Positions 8,410-19,892 of a DNA stretch of 32,000 nucleotides are shown here, in pieces. Each line of letters begins with the position of its first letter. The stretch's first letter is position 1. The notes under the pieces are model-generated. The model was not told the DNA's origin and did not search any database. It worked only from the letters and a program-made list of their open reading frames with translations. The stretch spans positions 1,080,001 through 1,112,000 of the forward strand of contig NZ_CP032551.1 in the NCBI RefSeq assembly GCF_009734345.1. The letters run 5' to 3'. The position numbers and the translations under genes were made by a program. This DNA comes from Pseudidiomarina andamanensis (GTDB lineage Bacteria > Pseudomonadota > Gammaproteobacteria > Enterobacterales > Alteromonadaceae).

Positions 8410-11259
8410 ATGGATAAAACGTATTCCCCGCAAGCCATTGAGCAAGCGCTCTATAAAAATTGGGAAGAGCAAGGTTACTTCAAACCATCAGGTCACGGCG
8501 ATTCATATTGCATTATGATTCCGCCGCCCAATGTCACTGGTAGCTTGCATATGGGACATGCGTTTCAGCACACCATTATGGATACGCTGACGCGATATAA
8601 GCGAATGGACGGCTACAATGCACTTTGGCAAGTGGGCAGCGACCATGCAGGCATTGCAACCCAGATGGTTGTTGAACGTCAGCTTGCGGCCCAAGGTGTT
8701 ACCCGCCAAGAGCTTGGACGCGATGCCTTCATTGAAAAAATTTGGGATTGGAAAGCGCAATCTGGTGGTACCATCACCTCACAAATGCGCCGCCTCGGTG
8801 ACTCAGTTGACTGGGATCGCGAACGCTTCACCATGGACGATGGTTTATCTAACGCCGTTAAAGAAGTGTTCGTTCGTTTACACGAAGAAAATCTAATTTA
8901 CCGCGGCAAACGTCTGGTGAATTGGGATCCGAAACTACAAACAGCGATTTCGGATCTCGAAGTCGAGAATAAAGAGCAACAAGGCCACATTTGGCATTTG
9001 CGCTACCCTCTCGCTGACGGTGCGACAACCGCAGACGGAAAGAACTACTTAGTCGTCGCTACAACACGCCCTGAAACTATGTTAGGCGACGTTTGTGTAG
9101 CAGTGCACCCAGATGATGAACGCTATCAAAACCTCATCGGTAAACACGTGCAATTGCCAATTGTTGGACGCAAAATTCCAATTATTGCAGATAGTTACGT
9201 AGATCAAGAGTTCGGTACCGGTTGCGTGAAAATTACTCCAGCACATGACTTCAACGACTATGACATTGGTAAACGTAACAACTTGCCAATGATTGCTGTG
9301 TTAGACAACCATGCGCATATTCGAGAACAAGCTGGGTTGTATACCCCAACCGGCGAAGAGCTACCGGAAATCGATGGGTTCGACGGCACACTCCCTGCTG
9401 ATTACCAAGGCCTCGAGCGCTTCGAAGCGCGCAAGAAAATTGTTGCCGATTTTGATGCGCAAGGCTTGCTCGATAAAACGGAGCAACATACGAATAAGAT
9501 TCCATACGGCGACCGTGGTGGTGTGCCAATTGAGCCTCATCTCACCGATCAATGGTACGTGCGTGTCGCACCATTAGCTGAAGTCGCGACTAAAGCGGTT
9601 GAAGATGGCGAGATTCAATTCGTACCTAAGCAGTATGAGAATATGTATTTCTCTTGGATGCGCGACATTCAAGATTGGTGTATTTCGCGCCAGCTTTGGT
9701 GGGGACACCGCATTCCAGCTTGGTATGACGAACAAGGTAATGTCTATGTCGGCCGTGATGAAGATGAAGTTCGAGCAAAACATAATTTAGGCGACACCAC
9801 GCTTCGTCAAGACGACGATGTACTCGACACTTGGTTCTCATCGGCATTGTGGACATTCTCAACGCTAGGCTGGCCAGAGAATACGGATGATTTGAAGACC
9901 TTCCATCCAACCGACGTGTTGGTGACTGGCTTTGATATCATTTTCTTCTGGGTTGCTCGCATGATTATGATGACCATGCACTTCCTAAAAGATGAAAATA
10001 GCAAACCGCAGGTGCCATTTAAAACGGTATACGTCACCGGCCTTATTCGAGATGAAGAAGGTCAAAAAATGTCGAAGTCAAAAGGTAACGTACTTGACCC
10101 GCTCGACATGATTGATGGTATCGAATTGGATTCGTTGGTTCAAAAGCGTACTGCGAATATGATGCAGCCGCAGCTTGAAGCAAAAATTAAGAAACGTACT
10201 GAAAAGCAGTTTCCAGAGGGAATTTCGGCACACGGTACTGATGCACTGCGCTTCACTTTAGCCGCATTAGCTTCAACTGGTCGTGATATCAACTGGGATA
10301 TGAAGCGTCTGGAAGGCTACCGTAACTTCTGTAACAAACTTTGGAATGCTAGCCGTTACGTGTTGATGAATACTGAAGACCAAGACTGTGGTACCAATGG
10401 CGGCGCCATGGAACTATCACTTGCTGACCAGTGGATTATTGAGCAGTTTAACGACACCGTGGAACAGTTCCGCAGTGCACTTGATAATTACCGATTTGAC
10501 CAAGCTGCAGGTATTGCTTATGAGTTCACTTGGAACCAGTTCTGTGATTGGTATTTGGAGTTAACTAAGCCAATTCTATTCAACGGTACTGCTGAGCAGC
10601 TACGAGGAACCCGTCACACGTTAATTACCGTGCTAGAGCAGTTGTTACGCTTACTTCATCCGTTATTACCGTTCATCACAGAAGCGATTTGGCAGCGCGT
10701 TGCGCCACTTGCTGGCGTTAGCGGCGATACCATCATGCTACAGCCATATCCGCAAGTTCAGAGCCAGCAGTTCGCGACCGCACGTGATGATATGGAATGG
10801 TTGAAACAGGTGATTGTTGCCGTGCGAAACATTCGTGGTGAAATGAATTTATCACCAAGCAAGCCATTGCCGGTATTATTTAAGAATGCTGATGATGTGG
10901 CTCGTAAGCGTCTTGAGCAAAACACTAACTTCTTAAGTGCGTTAGCAAAACTTGAGTCTGTTACTTTCTTGGGTGCTAACGACGAAGCGCCAGCGAGTGC
11001 GACTGCTTTGGTTGGTCGTATGGAAATTCATATTCCAATGGCAGGCTTGATTGACACCGCAGCAGAGCTAGCTCGTCTTGATAAAGCGATTGAGAAAGCT
11101 CAGAAAGAGTTTGATTTGTTTACGCGTAAGCTAAGCAATGAAAATTTTGTTAGCAAAGCGCCAGCTGATGTGATTGAGAAAGAACGCGCCAAGCAAGCTG
11201 AAGCCGAGGAAACACTCCAACAGCTTAAACAACAGCGCGCTAAGATAGCCGCACTTTAA
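8410..11259 (+). CDS. valS: Valine--tRNA ligase
   Basis: Starts [24 protein letters not shown], with class I HIGH ([12 protein letters not shown]) and KMSKS motifs and a C-terminal coiled coil. I chose ATG 8410 (GAAGG Shine-Dalgarno 5 nt upstream, aligns with the E. coli MEKTYNP start) over the in-frame GTG at 8398. Confidence 0.96.
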   Translation: MDKTYSPQAIEQALYKNWEEQGYFKPSGHGDSYCIMIPPPNVTGSLHMGHAFQHTIMDTLTRYKRMDGYNALWQVGSDHAGIATQMVVERQLAAQGVTRQELGRDAFIEKIWDWKAQSGGTITSQMRRLGDSVDWDRERFTMDDGLSNAVKEVFVRLHEENLIYRGKRLVNWDPKLQTAISDLEVENKEQQGHIWHLRYPLADGATTADGKNYLVVATTRPETMLGDVCVAVHPDDERYQNLIGKHVQLPIVGRKIPIIADSYVDQEFGTGCVKITPAHDFNDYDIGKRNNLPMIAVLDNHAHIREQAGLYTPTGEELPEIDGFDGTLPADYQGLERFEARKKIVADFDAQGLLDKTEQHTNKIPYGDRGGVPIEPHLTDQWYVRVAPLAEVATKAVEDGEIQFVPKQYENMYFSWMRDIQDWCISRQLWWGHRIPAWYDEQGNVYVGRDEDEVRAKHNLGDTTLRQDDDVLDTWFSSALWTFSTLGWPENTDDLKTFHPTDVLVTGFDIIFFWVARMIMMTMHFLKDENSKPQVPFKTVYVTGLIRDEEGQKMSKSKGNVLDPLDMIDGIELDSLVQKRTANMMQPQLEAKIKKRTEKQFPEGISAHGTDALRFTLAALASTGRDINWDMKRLEGYRNFCNKLWNASRYVLMNTEDQDCGTNGGAMELSLADQWIIEQFNDTVEQFRSALDNYRFDQAAGIAYEFTWNQFCDWYLELTKPILFNGTAEQLRGTRHTLITVLEQLLRLLHPLLPFITEAIWQRVAPLAGVSGDTIMLQPYPQVQSQQFATARDDMEWLKQVIVAVRNIRGEMNLSPSKPLPVLFKNADDVARKRLEQNTNFLSALAKLESVTFLGANDEAPASATALVGRMEIHIPMAGLIDTAAELARLDKAIEKAQKEFDLFTRKLSNENFVSKAPADVIEKERAKQAEAEETLQQLKQQRAKIAAL

Positions 11260-11275
11260 GCTAGTAATTTAAGCT

Positions 11276-11304
11276 GCACTCACATTTGAAACGAATGTGA
11301 GTGC
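11276..11304. terminator. Hairpin between convergent valS and rraB, a candidate bidirectional terminator
   Basis: Perfect 11-bp stem GCACTCACATT / AATGTGAGTGC with a 7-nt loop. On the + strand it is followed by GGCTATTCTTCTTC. The U-tract is imperfect on both strands. Confidence 0.5.
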
Positions 11305-11306
11305 GG

Positions 11307-11669
11307 CTATTCTTCTTCGTCATCTTCACCGAAATACGTGCCCCAACCGTCGTAATCAACACCGGCGATGTCTGCGATTTTAGTTACTTCTTTGGTTTGC
11401 GCCTGTAAAACTTCTGCTTCAAGTTTTACCTCACTCACGGCAACAAATGCAAATAATCGAGAACCATCGTCCAACTCAAATTCATCGGCATCATCAACAT
11501 GGTAGCCGACCTTGACGAGCTCTACGGCTGCTTTTTCAAGTTTGGTGAAATCCGCACTGACCAAGTGATGCTCAATCTGGAATTTTTCCTGTGGATCAGC
11601 GCCATCCGCAATAAGGGCTGCGACTGTCTCATCGCTTTGCTTCAATAACTCAGAAAGATCGTTAGCCAT
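11307..11669 (-). CDS. rraB: Regulator of ribonuclease (RNase E) activity B
   Basis: 120-aa acidic protein with IEHHL...LEKAAVE...YDGWGTYF and an acidic tail, matching the E. coli RraB pattern. Confidence 0.85.
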   Translation of the reverse strand: MANDLSELLKQSDETVAALIADGADPQEKFQIEHHLVSADFTKLEKAAVELVKVGYHVDDADEFELDDGSRLFAFVAVSEVKLEAEVLQAQTKEVTKIADIAGVDYDGWGTYFGEDDEEE

Positions 11670-12396
11670 GCGTTGTTTTTCCTTGCGCTAATTCGTGATC
11701 AAGTTCACTAATTTTAGACTGCATCAGTTCGTGACAATGAGCTGCTAATGCGCGAATTGAATCCGTGCTGTAGCTCGCCGTTTTAACTGGCTTAAGCATT
11801 TCAATTATCACTGTACCATTGTTCCAACGATTCAGTTTAATTCGACCATGTAAATTAGATACACAGATTGGAACGATATCGACTCCCGCTTGCACTGCTG
11901 TACGAAAAGCGCCGGTTTTAAATGGTAATAAGCCACGACCGTAGCTGCGCGTGCCTTCTGGAAATAAGAGAATAGAAAGCTGACGTTTGCGAATTGCTTC
12001 TGCCGCTTGTTCAATGGTACCGTGCGCGCGACCTTTGTTGTTACGATCAATCAGAATGTTTCCAGCAAGCCAATAAAGCTGGCCGAAAAACGGTATCCAC
12101 TTCAAACTCTTTTTACCAATACTTACAGTGCTTTGCGGCATTGAGCGCGCTAGAGTGAAAATATCGTAGCTATTTTGATGATTGGCAATATAAACAAAAG
12201 GACCCGCGTCGGTAAGTTCGTCGGGAACTCGGATATCAAGTTTTACCCCTAACAAACGATGCATGCGACCATACCAGTGCGCGGCAAGGGTCGTATTATT
12301 TCGATGAAATGGACGTATCAGACAAATGAGCAATAACAACGTACTGCCAACAACAATGAAAACGCCTAACAGCACTATACGTAAAACAGCGAGCAT
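11662..12396 (-). CDS. plsC: 1-acyl-sn-glycerol-3-phosphate acyltransferase
   Basis: 244 aa with an N-terminal membrane helix, the acyltransferase HX4D motif (NHQNSYD) and FPEGTR. It is adjacent to parC, as in E. coli. Confidence 0.9.
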   Translation of the reverse strand: MLAVLRIVLLGVFIVVGSTLLLLICLIRPFHRNNTTLAAHWYGRMHRLLGVKLDIRVPDELTDAGPFVYIANHQNSYDIFTLARSMPQSTVSIGKKSLKWIPFFGQLYWLAGNILIDRNNKGRAHGTIEQAAEAIRKRQLSILLFPEGTRSYGRGLLPFKTGAFRTAVQAGVDIVPICVSNLHGRIKLNRWNNGTVIIEMLKPVKTASYSTDSIRALAAHCHELMQSKISELDHELAQGKTTHG

Positions 12397-12457
12397 GTAG
12401 TCTCCTTAATCACTAATGCGCGCTAGTATAACCTGTTAGGCGTCGAAAAACGTCCGA

Positions 12458-14698
12458 TCAGTCTTGATTTTCGACAGTAATTGCATCAACGCGCTGCAAT
12501 CCTCGTGGTAATTTGTTACCACGACGACCGCGCTCACCGCGATAGTGCTCTAAATCAGACGGTTTCAAAGTCAATTTTCGTTTTCCAGCCAGCAAGGTAA
12601 TTGCTGAATCCGCCGGCACTACTGCCGCGGCCACCACATATTCCTCACGTGATTGTGCGCGCAGAGCAGGAATACTCAGCATCTTATTACCCTTACCTTT
12701 TGTAAGTTCTGGTAAATCACGAACTGGGAACAATAACATTCGACCTTCATTTGAAACGACGGCAAGAAGGTCGTTTTCAACATCGGTGACGATGCTAGGC
12801 GGAAGTATTTTGGCACCAGTTGGCAGATTCAAAATTGCCTTACCGTTCTTATTGCGGCTGACTAAATCGCCGAACTTACAAATAAAGCCATAGCCAGCAT
12901 CGGATGCTAACAAATACCGTTGTTCATCTTTTGCCATGAGTACTTGGTCAACGGTTTCGCCGGCAACCATACTAAAGCGCCCAGTTAGCGGCTCGCCCTG
13001 TGTCCGTGCTGAAGGTAACGCATGCGCTTCACACGAGTAACTGCGACCTGAGCTATCAAGGAATACCACTTGTTGATTGCTCTTACCGATTGCTTGCGCT
13101 AAGAAGTTATCTCCCGACTTATAGGCTAAGTTTGCGCCATCAACATCATGTCCTTTAGCTGCACGCACCCAACCTTTCTTCGAAAGCACTACCGTAACTG
13201 GCTCGGCTGGGGTTAGGTCACGTTCGCTTAGCGCTTTTGCTTCTTGGCGCTCAACCAATGGTGAACGACGGTCATCACCATACTTTTCAGCATCAGCAAG
13301 AATCTCTTTACGTATAAGGGTCTTCATGCGGCGATCGGAACCAAGCAGAAGCTCAAGTTGCTGACGCTCTTTCTCTAACTCGTCTTGCTCACCTTTTAGC
13401 TTAAACTCTTCAAGTTTGGCTAAATGGCGTAATTTCAATTCTAAAATAGCTTCTGCTTGGGTATCGGTTAAGCCAAAACGCGACATCAATACTGGCTTCG
13501 GCTCATCCTCATGACGAATGATGGCAATCACCTCGTCAATATTCAGATAAGCAATAAGCAAACCTTCCAAAATGTGCAAACGCGCTAAAATTTTATCTAG
13601 ACGATACTGAACACGGCGCGTCACGGTGTCTTGGCGGAATACCAACCACTCTTTGAGCACATTGAGAATTGGCTTCACTTGCGGACGACCGTCGAGACCC
13701 AACATGTTCAAATTCACACGATAGTTTTTCTCGAGGTCTGTTGTAGCAAATAAATGTTGCATCATTTGCTCAACATCAATTCGATTTGAGCGTGGCACAA
13801 TCACCAAGCGAGTTGGATTTTCATGGTCCGATTCATCGCGTAAATCAGTCACCATAGGCAATTTCTTGGCCTGCATCTGCCCCGCAATTTGCTCAAGTAC
13901 CTTCGCACCTGACGCTTGATGTGGCAACGCTGTAATGACAACCTCGCCATCTTCCATGTGGTATTTTGCTCGCATCCGAATCGTGCCACGGCCCGATTCG
14001 TATATCTTAACAATCTCGTTATGTGGTGTTATAACCTCAGCGTCCGTTGGATAGTCAGGTCCGCGCAGGTGTTCCATAATTTCACTCAAATCAGCGCTAG
14101 GCTTTTCGAGCAACAACGCACAAGCGTGAGCAACTTCACGAACATTATGAGGCGGTATGTCGGTAGCCATACCAACTGCGATACCCGTAACACCATTTAA
14201 TAGAATATGAGGTAAACGCGCCGGTAGCATGCGTGGCTCTTTCATGGTGCCATCGAAGTTCGGTGTCCAATCGACGGTTCCTTGTCCCAACTCGCTTAAT
14301 AAAACTTCACTAAAACGAGATAAACGAGCTTCGGTATAACGCATCGCTGCAAACGACTTCGGGTCATCTGGCGAACCCCAGTTCCCCTGCCCATCGACTA
14401 ACGGATAGCGATACGAAAATGGCTGTGCCATCAACACCATCGCTTCATAACAAGCGCTGTCGCCATGCGGGTGGAACTTACCTAATACGTCACCAACGGT
14501 ACGTGCTGACTTCTTGTATTTTGCCAGCGCCGATAATCCCAGTTCAGACATTGCATAAATAATGCGTCGCTGAACTGGTTTTAAGCCATCGCCAATGTGC
14601 GGCAGAGCACGATCCATGATCACATACATGGAGTAATTGAGGTACGCGTCTTCAGTAAACTTGCGTAACGGGAGTTGCTCTAAAGCATCCATAGACAT
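12458..14698 (-). CDS. parC: DNA topoisomerase IV subunit A
   Basis: 746 aa with [37 protein letters not shown], the active-site region [10 protein letters not shown], and close colinearity with E. coli ParC. Confidence 0.97.
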   Translation of the reverse strand: MSMDALEQLPLRKFTEDAYLNYSMYVIMDRALPHIGDGLKPVQRRIIYAMSELGLSALAKYKKSARTVGDVLGKFHPHGDSACYEAMVLMAQPFSYRYPLVDGQGNWGSPDDPKSFAAMRYTEARLSRFSEVLLSELGQGTVDWTPNFDGTMKEPRMLPARLPHILLNGVTGIAVGMATDIPPHNVREVAHACALLLEKPSADLSEIMEHLRGPDYPTDAEVITPHNEIVKIYESGRGTIRMRAKYHMEDGEVVITALPHQASGAKVLEQIAGQMQAKKLPMVTDLRDESDHENPTRLVIVPRSNRIDVEQMMQHLFATTDLEKNYRVNLNMLGLDGRPQVKPILNVLKEWLVFRQDTVTRRVQYRLDKILARLHILEGLLIAYLNIDEVIAIIRHEDEPKPVLMSRFGLTDTQAEAILELKLRHLAKLEEFKLKGEQDELEKERQQLELLLGSDRRMKTLIRKEILADAEKYGDDRRSPLVERQEAKALSERDLTPAEPVTVVLSKKGWVRAAKGHDVDGANLAYKSGDNFLAQAIGKSNQQVVFLDSSGRSYSCEAHALPSARTQGEPLTGRFSMVAGETVDQVLMAKDEQRYLLASDAGYGFICKFGDLVSRNKNGKAILNLPTGAKILPPSIVTDVENDLLAVVSNEGRMLLFPVRDLPELTKGKGNKMLSIPALRAQSREEYVVAAAVVPADSAITLLAGKRKLTLKPSDLEHYRGERGRRGNKLPRGLQRVDAITVENQD

Positions 14699-14712
14699 GT
14701 GAATAATTCTCC

Positions 14713-16605
14713 TTAAAGCTCGGCCAAGTCGACTAAGTTACCTTTACTTTCCAACCAGTCGCGACGGTCACCCGAACGTTTTTTGGCAAGTAGCATATCC
14801 ATTAACTCTTCGGTCGCTTCAGGTTCATCAACGGTGAGTTGTACCAAGCGTCGAGTATTCGGATCCATGGTGGTTTCACGCAGTTGCAGCGGATTCATTT
14901 CACCCAAACCTTTAAAGCGCTGGACATTCACCTTGCCCTTCTTCTTCTCGGCTTCAATGCGGTCTAAAATGCCCTGCTTTTCCGCTTCATCGAGTGCGTA
15001 GAATACCTCTTTACCCACGTCCACCCGATACAACGGCGGCATAGCGACATACACATGACCATGATCAACGAGAGCGCGGAAGTGTTTCACGAACAATGCA
15101 CATAACAACGTGGCAATGTGCAAACCATCCGAATCCGCATCGGCGAGTATACATACCTTGCCGTAACGGAGCTGTTCAAGGTCTTCCGAATTAGGGTCGA
15201 CCCCTAGCGCCACAGAAATATCGTGAATTTCTTGTGAGCCGAGTATTTGATCGGATTCGACTTCCCAGGTATTTAGAATTTTTCCGCGTAATGGCATAAC
15301 GGCTTGAAAGTCACGGTCGCGCGCTTGCTTTGCCGAGCCACCAGCCGAGTCACCTTCTACTAAGAATAGTTCACCACGCGCTGGATCTTGTGTCGCACAA
15401 TCAGTCAATTTACCGGGCAATGCTGGACCTTGAGTAACTTTCTTTCGTACCACTTTTTTGCTGGCACGCATGCGGCGCTGAGCGTTGTTAATGCATAATT
15501 CAGCAAGCTGTTCTGCCTGCTCTGTATGCTCGTTCAGCCACAAACTAAACGCATCTTTCACCACGCCAGAAACAAATGCTGCACATTGTCGTGACGACAA
15601 TCGCTCTTTGGTTTGCCCCGCGAACTGAGGATCTTGCATTTTCACCGACAATATATACGCACAGCGATCCCAGATATCTTCTGGGGTTAGTCTTACGCCA
15701 CGCGGCAGCAGGTTGCGAAACTCACAAAATTCACGCATAGCATCAAGCAGGCCCTGACGTAAGCCATTCGCGTGCGTCCCCCCTTGCGGAGTAGGGATAA
15801 GGTTTACATAGCTTTCAGTGACGCTTTCACCACCTTCAGGAAGCCAAGTGACGGCCCAATCAACGGCTTCGTCATTACCCGCAAAGGCGCCAATAAATGG
15901 CTCTTCAGGAAGTGTCGGCAGTTCACGAACAGCTTCAACTAAGTAATCGCGCAGACCATCTTCGTAAAACCAAGTTTGCTCTTCATTATCGACAAGATTG
16001 CGAAAGGTAATTTTTAACCCTGGGCACAAAACTGCTTTCGCACGAAGTAAATGCGTTAATTTAAGTACTGAAAACTTAGGTGAGTCAAAATACTTAGGGT
16101 CTGGCCAAAATCGCAGATTCGTACCCGTATTGCGCTTGCCAACCGTACCTGTCACTTCCAATTCAGAAACTTTATCGCCGTTCTCAAAGGCCATCTGATA
16201 AACCTGGCCATCACGTTTAACGGTTACATCAACTCGTGTTGATAACGCGTTCACTACGGAGATACCTACCCCGTGTAACCCGCCCGAAAACTTGTAATTT
16301 TTATTAGAGAATTTACCACCAGCATGAAGCTTGGTCATGATCAGTTCCACCCCGGGAACACCTTCCTCAGGGTGAACATCAACGGGCATACCGCGACCAT
16401 CATCTTGCACTTCTAATGACTGATCAGGGTGTAACGTCACCACCATTTCGCGTGCATGGCCAGCTAAAGCTTCATCAACACTATTGTCGATAACTTCTTG
16501 GCCTAAGTGGTTGGGGCGCGTGGTATCGGTGTACATTCCCGGTCTGCGACGGACCGGTTCGAGGCCATTGAGGACCTCTATCGCATCGGCTTTGTAATCT
16601 GACAT
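14713..16605 (-). CDS. parE: DNA topoisomerase IV subunit B
   Basis: 630 aa with [46 protein letters not shown] and the Toprim motif [19 protein letters not shown]. Nearly colinear with E. coli ParE. Confidence 0.97.
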   Translation of the reverse strand: MSDYKADAIEVLNGLEPVRRRPGMYTDTTRPNHLGQEVIDNSVDEALAGHAREMVVTLHPDQSLEVQDDGRGMPVDVHPEEGVPGVELIMTKLHAGGKFSNKNYKFSGGLHGVGISVVNALSTRVDVTVKRDGQVYQMAFENGDKVSELEVTGTVGKRNTGTNLRFWPDPKYFDSPKFSVLKLTHLLRAKAVLCPGLKITFRNLVDNEEQTWFYEDGLRDYLVEAVRELPTLPEEPFIGAFAGNDEAVDWAVTWLPEGGESVTESYVNLIPTPQGGTHANGLRQGLLDAMREFCEFRNLLPRGVRLTPEDIWDRCAYILSVKMQDPQFAGQTKERLSSRQCAAFVSGVVKDAFSLWLNEHTEQAEQLAELCINNAQRRMRASKKVVRKKVTQGPALPGKLTDCATQDPARGELFLVEGDSAGGSAKQARDRDFQAVMPLRGKILNTWEVESDQILGSQEIHDISVALGVDPNSEDLEQLRYGKVCILADADSDGLHIATLLCALFVKHFRALVDHGHVYVAMPPLYRVDVGKEVFYALDEAEKQGILDRIEAEKKKGKVNVQRFKGLGEMNPLQLRETTMDPNTRRLVQLTVDEPEATEELMDMLLAKKRSGDRRDWLESKGNLVDLAEL

Positions 16606-16661
16606 GCGCTAATTTATCTCGTGTTGCACGGAATCGTTGTTATAGGAATGCCCATATACTG

Positions 16662-17240
16662 TTACAGGACGTCGAGAAACTCAAGCACAGCTGGCAAGTA
16701 GCGCGGAAAATCAACAAAACTGTGATCGCCACCCTGCTCAACGAGCATTCGCTGAGTTCGATAATAGTCTCGGGCGAGCCGATAATCCAAGCGTTCGTCA
16801 CCAGCTTGTAGCAGCACCATCAACTCCACATCTTGCGAGAACTGCTGTTCAGCTGCAATCAAAATTTCGCGATCATGATAATCAAGTTGATAATGCTCGT
16901 TGGTATAAGGGTGAATGCGCTCAACTAACTCTTCTGGCATCCAACTGTATGGTTGCACTGCAGGATTTATCAAAACACCACGAACATGACGCTGGCGATG
17001 GCGCAATTGACTCACCACATAATGTGTCCAAAAGCCGCCCAGAGAGCTGCCCATTACCGCACTGATCGAGTGCTTGTCGATGAGGTCATCAAGTAGAGCA
17101 CGTATATCCGCCATGCGTGATGGTTGTTGCGGCGCATATAGCGTATGGGCGCTGACGCCATGCTTTTTCAAATAGTCGTGAGTTTGAATGATTTTTAAAC
17201 TGCCTGGCGAGCTTTCAAATCCGTGTAAATACAGCAACAA
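16662..17240 (-). CDS. yqiA: YqiA-family alpha/beta esterase (TTG start)
   Basis: Starts (M)LLYLHGFESSPGS, has the nucleophile elbow GSSLGG and GGDHSF near the C-terminus. GGAGG lies 7 nt upstream of the TTG. It sits next to parE, as in E. coli. Confidence 0.85.
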   Translation of the reverse strand: MLLYLHGFESSPGSLKIIQTHDYLKKHGVSAHTLYAPQQPSRMADIRALLDDLIDKHSISAVMGSSLGGFWTHYVVSQLRHRQRHVRGVLINPAVQPYSWMPEELVERIHPYTNEHYQLDYHDREILIAAEQQFSQDVELMVLLQAGDERLDYRLARDYYRTQRMLVEQGGDHSFVDFPRYLPAVLEFLDVL

Positions 17241-17243
17241 GGC

Positions 17244-17684
17244 TTAAACCTCCTGGAAATAGCCATTCGCTCGAATAAGTTGTAACCACTCTTGTAAAAA
17301 GTGATTCACTTGGTGTTTTTCATCAGCGTGATGCATGCTCGGATTTGGAACCTCGTAGCTTGCTTGTAGTCGAGAAACACCTTGGCTTCTGACTACTTCA
17401 GCAAGCTGAGCGTCATGGTAAAGACGCACATCTATCTGCGTTTCTCGTAATCCTGGCAACTGCTTCAACAATGCCTGTTGTTCAATTCTTACTTCGGTTG
17501 TGTACGGCGCCGTTTCTAGCACAGTCACGGCAAAGCGTAATTGTTGACCAACTTTGATGATTTTCGAACCTGATTGCTTCACACCAGCAATCATTGGGCG
17601 CAGCGCAGCATAGTTGATTGCCGCCAGCCGTTGGAGGGCTGCGAGATCAAACTTATAGCGCTTTCGAATAACATCAGTTGTCAT
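17244..17684 (-). CDS. yqiB: DUF1249 protein (YqiB homologue)
   Basis: 146 aa with VRLYHDAQLAEV and DEKHQVNHFLQEWL, which match E. coli YqiB segments (VRLYHDAMVAEV, DEKHQINQFLADWL). ATGA overlap with nudF. Confidence 0.85.
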   Translation of the reverse strand: MTTDVIRKRYKFDLAALQRLAAINYAALRPMIAGVKQSGSKIIKVGQQLRFAVTVLETAPYTTEVRIEQQALLKQLPGLRETQIDVRLYHDAQLAEVVRSQGVSRLQASYEVPNPSMHHADEKHQVNHFLQEWLQLIRANGYFQEV

Positions 17685-18292
17685 AAATCCTCGAATTGAC
17701 GTTTATGTAATTGCAACCATTGTAGCCCAATCACACTCGCCGCATTGTTAATTTTTCCCGCTTCTAACAACTGCACAACGTCGCCGTATGGCAACACATG
17801 TACGCGAATATCCTCATTTTCTGTTGCCAAACCCGCATGTCGCGCAGCTTTATCGCTATCTACTAGGGCAATATAAATTGAAATTTTTTCGGTACAGCCA
17901 CCAGGTGTGGATAGATAAGTAAGCGCGTAATGTAAGCTCGTCGTGGTCAAGCCAGCTTCTTCTTCAAGTTCACGGTGCGCGACCTGTTCGGCTGTTTCAT
18001 CATGACTATCGTACATTCCTGCAACAAACTCGAGTAGCCATGGCGACGCATTATCATCTAGCGCCCCAACTCGAAACTGTTCCAATACAACTAATGCATC
18101 TTTGCGTGGATCATAGGGCAGTACCACTACCGCATGACCACGCTCCATGACCTCACGTTCGAACACCGGTGACCACTCACCTTCAAATAGTCGATGCTGC
18201 AATCGCAATTTATAGACACTAAGAAAACCCTCACGAATTGGTGTTTTCTCAATAATTTTTACGTCATTTTGATTAAATTTTTGCACAAGCAA
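17681..18292 (-). CDS. nudF: ADP-ribose pyrophosphatase (Nudix)
   Basis: Contains the Nudix box GMYDSHDETAEQVAHRELEEEAGL and the C-terminal ENEDIRVHVLP...GKINNAASVIGLQWLQLH, very close to E. coli NudF. The start is either TTG 18292 or GTG 18286, which has the better Shine-Dalgarno spacing. Confidence 0.9.
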   Translation of the reverse strand: MLVQKFNQNDVKIIEKTPIREGFLSVYKLRLQHRLFEGEWSPVFEREVMERGHAVVVLPYDPRKDALVVLEQFRVGALDDNASPWLLEFVAGMYDSHDETAEQVAHRELEEEAGLTTTSLHYALTYLSTPGGCTEKISIYIALVDSDKAARHAGLATENEDIRVHVLPYGDVVQLLEAGKINNAASVIGLQWLQLHKRQFEDL

Positions 18293-18530
18293 CCTTTTCT
18301 CGTTGTTTAACGTCTTATGTACTCGACTGAACGCGAAATTGATTTACAACAATTGTAAAAAAAACCATCTTTGGCACATAATTAGTTACACTTGAAGCCA
18401 TTCTGTTGCAACTGGCACCATGCATTTTAATTCGTTTAAAAGTAAACTAGTAAACATTCACGAGTGTATGTAAAATAGCAGCCAGTTTTTTGGCAAGATG
18501 ATGCTTTCAAATAATTAGGACACCCTATCC

Positions 18531-19892
18531 ATGAAAAAGCACGTACTATCAGTTTTAGTTGGCTTAACGTTCAGCGCGACGACCAGCGTCGCCTACGCCG
18601 ACGACCTTGCACAAGTATTCCAACTTGCATTGCAAAATGATCCAACTTTACAACAAGTTGATGCGCAGCGCCGCGCAGCTCAAAAAGGTATCGACATCAC
18701 CAAATCGGCATTTTGGCCACAAGTCAATCTTTCTGCTGGATATTCACGTTCAGAATCAGAGAGTGCGACTTACGATTCAGTTGCACAAAGTTTTATTGTG
18801 ATCGACAGTGAAAACCGCGGTTGGAATGCCGGCCTTAATTTAAGCCAAACCGTGTTCGATATGAACGTATGGGATCGCGCTGAATTAAGTGAGAAGCAAG
18901 CATATCAAGCTGAAGTAAATTACTTAAGTGTGCGTCAGCAATTAATGATTCGTGTAGTGAATGCCTACTTCACGGTACTTGAACGTCAAGACGACCTTGA
19001 GTTTGCGACGGCAGAGAAAAAGGCGATTTCACGTCAACTTGAGCAAACCAAACAACGTTTTTCAGTTGGTTTAACTGCAATCACCGATGTACACGAAGCG
19101 CAAGCTCAGTATGACACCTCTGTAGCAGCTGAAATCCAAGCGAAGAATGCGGTTGAGATTGCACAAGAATCATTGCGTGAAATCACTGGTCGATATCATG
19201 AAGAATTAGCTCAATTGAATACTGACACGTTTTCACCTGAGAGCCCAGCGCCAGCAGATGCGATGCAATGGGTGAAAATAGCTGAAGATAAAAATTTGCA
19301 GTTGTTGGTTCAACGCGTCTCAGTAGAAATTGCTGAGCAGCAAATTGATTTAGCCCGTAACGGTCATTTACCAACCGTATCGTTGAACGGTTCATATTCT
19401 ACTCGTGATACCACCACAACGGCACGCGGCAACGAAATTAATATGCCACGTATGGATTCAAACTCGATTGGCTTGTCATTGAATGTGCCGCTTTTTACAG
19501 GCTTCCGGACGTCTTCTGAAGTCGACCAAGCTCGCGAAAACTATGTTGCATCAAGCCAAGAACTTGAAGGCGTTCGTCGTAGTGTTGAACGACAAGTTCG
19601 CAATGCATATTACGATGTCGTTGCTTCGCAAGCCACTATCCGTGCATTTGAACAAGCTGTCGTTTCAGCTGAGAGCGCATTGAAAGCCACGCAAACTGGT
19701 TTTGAAGTTGGTACCCGCACAATTGTTGACGTGCTAAATAGTACCCGCAACCTGTACAACGCCCGTCGTAACTTATCGAGCGCTCGTTATGGATACATTC
19801 GTCAGTATTTGACTCTGAGACAAGCTTCAGGTCAGATCAGCGAACAAGATTTGGTAGCCATTAACGCAAGCTTGATTAATGAAAATAATTGA
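18531..19892 (+). CDS. tolC: Outer membrane channel TolC
   Basis: 453 aa with a signal peptide ending VAYA. QTVFDMNVWD, RFSVGLTAITDVHEAQAQYD and GTRTIVDVLNSTRNLYNA are colinear with E. coli TolC. It is divergent from nudF, as in E. coli. Confidence 0.93.
   Translation: MKKHVLSVLVGLTFSATTSVAYADDLAQVFQLALQNDPTLQQVDAQRRAAQKGIDITKSAFWPQVNLSAGYSRSESESATYDSVAQSFIVIDSENRGWNAGLNLSQTVFDMNVWDRAELSEKQAYQAEVNYLSVRQQLMIRVVNAYFTVLERQDDLEFATAEKKAISRQLEQTKQRFSVGLTAITDVHEAQAQYDTSVAAEIQAKNAVEIAQESLREITGRYHEELAQLNTDTFSPESPAPADAMQWVKIAEDKNLQLLVQRVSVEIAEQQIDLARNGHLPTVSLNGSYSTRDTTTTARGNEINMPRMDSNSIGLSLNVPLFTGFRTSSEVDQARENYVASSQELEGVRRSVERQVRNAYYDVVASQATIRAFEQAVVSAESALKATQTGFEVGTRTIVDVLNSTRNLYNARRNLSSARYGYIRQYLTLRQASGQISEQDLVAINASLINENN

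Noticed and set aside
18372-18418. Two TGGCAC motifs (18372-18377 and 18413-18418) in the nudF-tolC intergenic region as sigma54 -24 elements
   Set aside because: Neither is followed by the required TTGC (-12 GC) after 5 nt; the sequences are TGGCAC-ataat-TAGT and TGGCAC-catgc-ATTT. They are not sigma54 promoters.
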